DNA of 64,000 nt, taken from Candidatus Latescibacterota bacterium (GTDB lineage: Bacteria > Latescibacterota > UBA2968). Of this stretch, positions 59,288 to 64,000 are shown one piece after another (the stretch's first letter is position 1; each line of letters starts with the position of its first letter). The stretch lies in the NCBI GenBank assembly GCA_965204745.1, contig OZ242010.1, positions 864,001-928,000 on the forward strand. Reading direction: 5' to 3'. The translations under genes and the position numbers were made by a program. The notes below the pieces were generated by a model. It was given only the letters and a program-made list of their open reading frames with translations, did no database searches and was not told the origin of the DNA.

Positions 59288-59645
59288 CGCACGTCCCTTA
59301 ACGACACAAGCCCTCGCATGCTGACCCTGGACAGATCGATTCGGGGCCAGGCTATGCGAGGGCTTTTTAGGGCGTGCGCGCACAGGGTCCCGAGAGGAGA
59401 GGTCTTGCGAGGAGGACAAGCACAGGGACCTGTCCCTACGGGGTATGGTGGCGGGGTGTGCGAAGGACATAGCGGGGAGAACGATGAAGCGGCGGTAGGG
59501 GGGGGTAATCCGTGCAAATCCCAATCGCAGGATATAAGACGGGGCTAACGCACACGGCAGGGTGGAGATGGGCTGGGCACGCACGGGTGGCGGATAGGTG
59601 GCGAGGACAGGTAGGTCACAAAAACGCTCTCAAAATACTTAAAAC

Positions 59646-61652
59646 ATGGTGCGAGAACTGAACATGAGGACGTCCGGGGTGGGCGTCCTTTTTGCGTTGA
59701 TCCTCATCGCCTCGGGCGCGGCAAGTGCGAGCCCGGTCGATTCCCTGCTGGCGTGCGCGCAGAGCGATACGGCTAAACCGGTCGAATACCGCATCGACCT
59801 GCTCAAAAAAGCCCTGCGCGTGGATCGCGACCGCGCAGATGTTTGCGCGGCATTGGGCGCGTTGTTGATGCAGAAGAATACGCCCGCTGCGCGGTTGCGA
59901 GCGGACCAGTATATTTATCGCGCGATAGTATTGGATCCCGAAAATATCGAATACCGCTTTTTGTACGCGACTTTGCAACGAAAGAAGGGCTTTCGCTACA
60001 ATGCGATGAACGACTTCAAAAAAGTGCTCGCCATGGATTCCACTCGGGTAGAAGCGGCCTGCGAGGTGGGCGATTATTATTTGCAGGACATGTTGAAATA
60101 CGTGGATGCGCGGCGGTTTGACGGGGGTGGCAGCATGCGGTCTTTTGCCATGGAGAGCGTGCAGACCGCCGCGCAGTACTACCGCTACGCGCTGTCCCGC
60201 GACCCCTATTGCAAACGCGCGTATTACGGGTTGGGGATGCTGAGCATCGAAGGGGGGTATGCCGAAGATTTGATCGCTATCGCGCGAGAACTATTAGCCC
60301 GATGGCCGCGGGATCGCGACGGGCTTTTGTTTTTGGGATTGGGCTATTACGCGACCGAAAAGTTCGAGGCGGCGGGCACGGCATTTGATCGGGCGTATGT
60401 GCAGATGGATTCGGTCGGGCAGGCCGCGATGACGTCGGTGGCGTTGCTCGGGGGCAAAGATGGGGACGCGCTTTTTTGGCAACGGCGAGACCCTTTGTTT
60501 CTCACGCCTGTGAACGAGCGAAAGCTGGCCCATCGCGGCCGGGTCGCGTACGCAAATTTGCGATTTGGGTTGCCCGATGAGGGGGTTGCGGGATGGGAAA
60601 CGGATCTGGGCAAGGCGTGGATTCGCTACGGTCGGTATGTCAATCGCGTGAGAACCCTGATTCCGCATCGGGAGATTTGGACGTACGAGGATTTTTCACT
60701 GGAATTTTTTTCCTACGATTCCGTGCATTGGAAATTGGAATTGATGCGGGATCAGCACTGGGCACTCGTTCCGGGCGGGTGGGGCAGAAGCCAAGTGTTG
60801 GCGGATGATTTTTATATGCGCGAGCGATATGTGGATCCGTACCGCGATCAGAAATACGGGTTGCCCGCGCAGGTGGGATTTTTTAGGGCAGGAAAAGGTC
60901 GCGTGAAGGTGGCCTTGTCGTGGGGCGTGCCCAAGCGCGCGTTGCAATATCTCGAGTTGTACGGCACGTATCAAGTGGAGGTCGATGCCGGCGTTTTTGT
61001 TCACAACAGCGCTGGGCAGATGGTTGAGCAAATCAGGTGGCGGCCCGATACGTTTCGAGATGTTTGGCGCGATTCCATGAAGAGTCGCTATTTGTTGGGC
61101 GAGCGTGCGGTGGTTGTACCGCCGGATTCGCTGGCCTTGTCGTTGGAAATCCGAGATGCGGGGCAACAGACCGTGGGCGTGTTCCGCGATACCATCTTTG
61201 TACGGGCATTTCCCGATAGTGAGGTGGCGATGAGTTCGGTCGTGCTAGCGTCGCAGGTGACGGAGGGCGACGCGGGAATCGAGGTCATCCCCAACCCCTT
61301 GCGGACCTATCACATGGGCGAGTTGCTACATCTGTATTTTGAGATTTACAATTTGGCGCGAGACGCATTTGGGCAGACCGATTTTTCAGTGACGTATCGG
61401 ATTGGGCCACCGGATTTGCGGCGTTTTGCCGATCCGCAAGACCGCAAGGCCATCGCGCAGTTGGGCCAAAGCGATGCGCCGTGGCGCGTTTCCGTGAGCA
61501 CGGATTACCGCGGTAAGGACGCACACGCGCCGATTTATCTAGCTGTGGATTTGACCGAGTTGGGGTCTGGGGTACACTTGCTGTCGCTGATCGTCACGGA
61601 TCGCCAAACCGGGTTGCAAACCTGGCGCGAAACCCTGTTTCGCATTTTGTAA
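59646..61652 (+). CDS. GWxTD domain protein with N-terminal TPRs
   Basis: Signal peptide; FWQRRDP......NER...H..RVAYAN..FG....GWETDLG..WIRYG. Confidence 0.88.
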   Translation: MVRELNMRTSGVGVLFALILIASGAASASPVDSLLACAQSDTAKPVEYRIDLLKKALRVDRDRADVCAALGALLMQKNTPAARLRADQYIYRAIVLDPENIEYRFLYATLQRKKGFRYNAMNDFKKVLAMDSTRVEAACEVGDYYLQDMLKYVDARRFDGGGSMRSFAMESVQTAAQYYRYALSRDPYCKRAYYGLGMLSIEGGYAEDLIAIARELLARWPRDRDGLLFLGLGYYATEKFEAAGTAFDRAYVQMDSVGQAAMTSVALLGGKDGDALFWQRRDPLFLTPVNERKLAHRGRVAYANLRFGLPDEGVAGWETDLGKAWIRYGRYVNRVRTLIPHREIWTYEDFSLEFFSYDSVHWKLELMRDQHWALVPGGWGRSQVLADDFYMRERYVDPYRDQKYGLPAQVGFFRAGKGRVKVALSWGVPKRALQYLELYGTYQVEVDAGVFVHNSAGQMVEQIRWRPDTFRDVWRDSMKSRYLLGERAVVVPPDSLALSLEIRDAGQQTVGVFRDTIFVRAFPDSEVAMSSVVLASQVTEGDAGIEVIPNPLRTYHMGELLHLYFEIYNLARDAFGQTDFSVTYRIGPPDLRRFADPQDRKAIAQLGQSDAPWRVSVSTDYRGKDAHAPIYLAVDLTELGSGVHLLSLIVTDRQTGLQTWRETLFRIL

Positions 61653-61661
61653 GGCCCGGCA

Positions 61662-62663
61662 TTAGCGCGTCCGGTTTTCCGCCTTTTGACGCCACAGCAA
61701 CCGGATCAGCGGCGGGCCGCCGAATAGAATAAACCCGAAGATCGTGACCGCGTGGACAGATGTGGCGAATGCCAGCGCAAGTTCGTTGGGCACCTGGTAG
61801 AAGAGGTGGAGGGTTTGGGCGCAAAAGAGGTGGTACGTGCCGATGCCGCCCGGGGTGGGAATGACAAAGCCGATAGTGGCGATGGTCATGACGACAAAAG
61901 CCTCAAACAAACCGAGATTGTATTGATCCGCCAAGCCAAAGCTGTAAAAGGGCACGTACATGGCGAGCCAATACAAACTGTCGAGAACGAGCGTGGAGAC
62001 CAAAATCTCCGCATAGCCCTCGACTGTGTGAATGGCGCGCAAGCCCTGCAATGCGGAGCGCAACAGGTGGGTCACTTTGTCGGCCAGCGTGGGAGAAAGG
62101 CGTGCCGACAAGCGGTGGAAGAGGAGCAACCCCGGCTCGCCGCGTGCGGAAAGCAATCCGAGAAAAACGAATGCGAATAAAATGATCGGCAAGGTCAGCA
62201 ACGCGACTTGCTCGAGCCAGGGGAATGCCGCGCCGATCTGCTCGCGGGCAAAAAAGAGCACCACGCCAAAGGTGATCAACAAGACGAGGACATCGATCAG
62301 GCGTTCGACGACCACAGTCGCCAAAATCGCGCTGATGCCGGTGGGATGATCGCGTTCAAGGGCCAGGGCACGCGCCACCTCGCCCGCACGCGGAAAAACG
62401 CAGTTGCCCGCATAAGCGACCATGACGGCCCAAAACGCGGCCCGCGTGGAAATCCCCGGGGCAACGGGTGCGAGCAAAACGCGCCATCGCCACGCGCGCG
62501 GAATGCCCGAAGCGAGGACGATGAGGCCGGACGCGATCAACCAGATGGGATTGGCGGTTTGAAAGGCGTCTTTGAGGTGTGTCCCTTCGACATTCCGAAA
62601 TGCGGCCCACAAAAAGCCCCCCATCAGGACGAGGCTGACCGCGAGTTTGAGAGCGGTTTTCAT
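61662..62663 (-). CDS. Lysylphosphatidylglycerol synthase TM / UPF0104 flippase-like protein
   Basis: RAWRWR, PRAGEVAR, VVERLID, PTPGGIG; ATGA overlap with era. Confidence 0.88.
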   Translation of the reverse strand: MKTALKLAVSLVLMGGFLWAAFRNVEGTHLKDAFQTANPIWLIASGLIVLASGIPRAWRWRVLLAPVAPGISTRAAFWAVMVAYAGNCVFPRAGEVARALALERDHPTGISAILATVVVERLIDVLVLLITFGVVLFFAREQIGAAFPWLEQVALLTLPIILFAFVFLGLLSARGEPGLLLFHRLSARLSPTLADKVTHLLRSALQGLRAIHTVEGYAEILVSTLVLDSLYWLAMYVPFYSFGLADQYNLGLFEAFVVMTIATIGFVIPTPGGIGTYHLFCAQTLHLFYQVPNELALAFATSVHAVTIFGFILFGGPPLIRLLWRQKAENRTR

Positions 62664-63541
62664 GAATACCCCAGGCCGCGCAGGGCCGCGTCTTTTTTGC
62701 GCCAATTCTCATAGACCTTGACGTGCAGGTCGAGGTAAATGGGGCGGTCCAAAAAGGCTTCGATTTTTTTGCGTGCATTTTGCCCAATGGTTTTGAGGGT
62801 TTTGCCCCTGCGTCCGATCACAATGCCTTTTTGAGACTGGCGTTCGACGATGATATTGGCCTGAATATAGCCCTTGGGGCGGTCTTCTTCAAACGCCTCG
62901 ATGCCGATAGCCGTTGCATAAGGCAGTTCTTGGCGGAGTTGGTGGAAGACTTCTTCGCGGATGAGTTCGGCGACGAAGAATCGCTCGGGCTGTTCGGTGA
63001 GCATGTCCTCCGGGTAGTATTGCGGGCCTTCTGGCAAGGCGTGGCGCAGGGCGACGTGGAGTTCGGGCACACCTCGGCCCTCGGTGGCCGATACGGACAA
63101 AACAGCGCGCGTGCCAAGCGCGGCGCAAATTTGTTGCTCGCAATGTTGGGCCTGATCGCGCGAGATGAGGTCCGCCTTGTTGATGGCGATGATCTTGGGC
63201 ATCTCCCATCGTTCAAACGCGCGTTGCACTTCGGCATCAAAAGAGGCGTCGAAGTGCGCCCCATCGACAATGCCCAAAAGCACGTCTGCACTTTGGGAGG
63301 CGCGCCCGATTTGTCGGTTCATAAATTCGTGCAGGCGATACCGCGCAGACATCATGCCGGGGGTGTCGAGAAACATCATTTGCGCTCGGTCGTCCGTCAC
63401 AATGCCCAGAATATTGTTGCGGGTCGTTTGGGGTTTGGGCGAGATGATCGACAGCCGCTCCCCCACCAGCGCGTTGAACAGGGTGGATTTGCCGACATTC
63501 GCCCGGCCTGCGATGACGATATATCCGGATTTGAAAGCCAT
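62660..63541 (-). CDS. era: GTPase Era
   Basis: GRANVGKST, PQTTR, DTPG, NKAD, KH domain SQKGIVIG. Confidence 0.96.
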   Translation of the reverse strand: MAFKSGYIVIAGRANVGKSTLFNALVGERLSIISPKPQTTRNNILGIVTDDRAQMMFLDTPGMMSARYRLHEFMNRQIGRASQSADVLLGIVDGAHFDASFDAEVQRAFERWEMPKIIAINKADLISRDQAQHCEQQICAALGTRAVLSVSATEGRGVPELHVALRHALPEGPQYYPEDMLTEQPERFFVAELIREEVFHQLRQELPYATAIGIEAFEEDRPKGYIQANIIVERQSQKGIVIGRRGKTLKTIGQNARKKIEAFLDRPIYLDLHVKVYENWRKKDAALRGLGYS

Positions 63542-63659
63542 GTGAGTTTTCCATTTATTGGGACCTACCCCCCCTAGCCCCCTTCAAATGAGGAAGGGGA
63601 ATAACATCTCTCCGTTGCGGGAAGATCCGGCAGAGGGGTCATTATTCATTTTTTTGTGC

Positions 63660-64000
63660 CTAAAAAAACAGGGTGGCGGAGATGCGGTACGTGTTGTCGA
63701 GTTGGTCGTGTTCGAGGATGGCGAGGTCGATGCCAAACCGCCTGAGTTGCAAACCCGTGCCCGCGGTGAAGTGACCGTCCCTGCGCCCGAGGCGAAATGA
63801 GACGCGCTGTCGCAAGCGGTACTCGACGCCCAGTTGGATGCTGCGTGCGGTTTCCCGAGGAGGGTTTTGGTCGTTTAGGCGCGTGCTCGCACTGATCGTT
63901 AGCTCTCCGCCGGGGATGGCGCGCTGAAAGGCAGAGCCGATGAGCAACGACGGTGAGATGCTGTCTGTGACGCCGTCGGGAAATGCGATGCGCGTTTGGG
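63660..64000 (-). CDS. C-terminal part of a PorV/UPF0164-like beta-barrel (runs off window edge)
   Basis: GVEY....SFRLG.....TAGTG......ID.A...H..L.NTYRIS..LFF. Confidence 0.6.
   Translation of the reverse strand, partial: QTRIAFPDGVTDSISPSLLIGSAFQRAIPGGELTISASTRLNDQNPPRETARSIQLGVEYRLRQRVSFRLGRRDGHFTAGTGLQLRRFGIDLAILEHDQLDNTYRISATLFF

Overview
A 64 kb, moderately GC-rich bacterial chromosomal segment. Its gene content (PorV-like barrels, a T9SS-CTD-like protein, a GWxTD protein, a metalloprotease-WD40-Omp85, a Calx-beta adhesin with a C-terminal dockerin-like motif, PhyH, Uma2 and Rpn proteins, dense intergenic repeats) suggests an FCB-group organism of the Latescibacterota/Gemmatimonadota type, possibly a sponge symbiont; this is inference only. 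Housekeeping and metabolic genes (M24 peptidase, htrA, class III aminotransferase, mutT, DASS permease, two MalK-like ATPases, rel, glgP, rpiA, era) alternate with a decayed defence/TA island (12.1-17.4 kb), an intact IS701 and several nested MITE/REP-like repeat families. Three observations stand out. (1) An unannotated ~700 bp locus (35.94-36.66 kb) holds hairpin/poly-U units, two with their own promoters, whose loops are exactly complementary to each other, surrounding a 54-aa ORF. (2) An IS110 remnant (57.77-58.15 kb) has a readable bridge-RNA-like leader whose target loop matches the genome's own REP-like palindrome, and the filled and empty sites are both in this window. (3) A three-gene operon encodes a TonB receptor, a CTD-bearing protein and a PorV-like barrel. 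No rRNA, tRNA or CRISPR array was seen. All family calls come from motif recognition by eye, not database searches.
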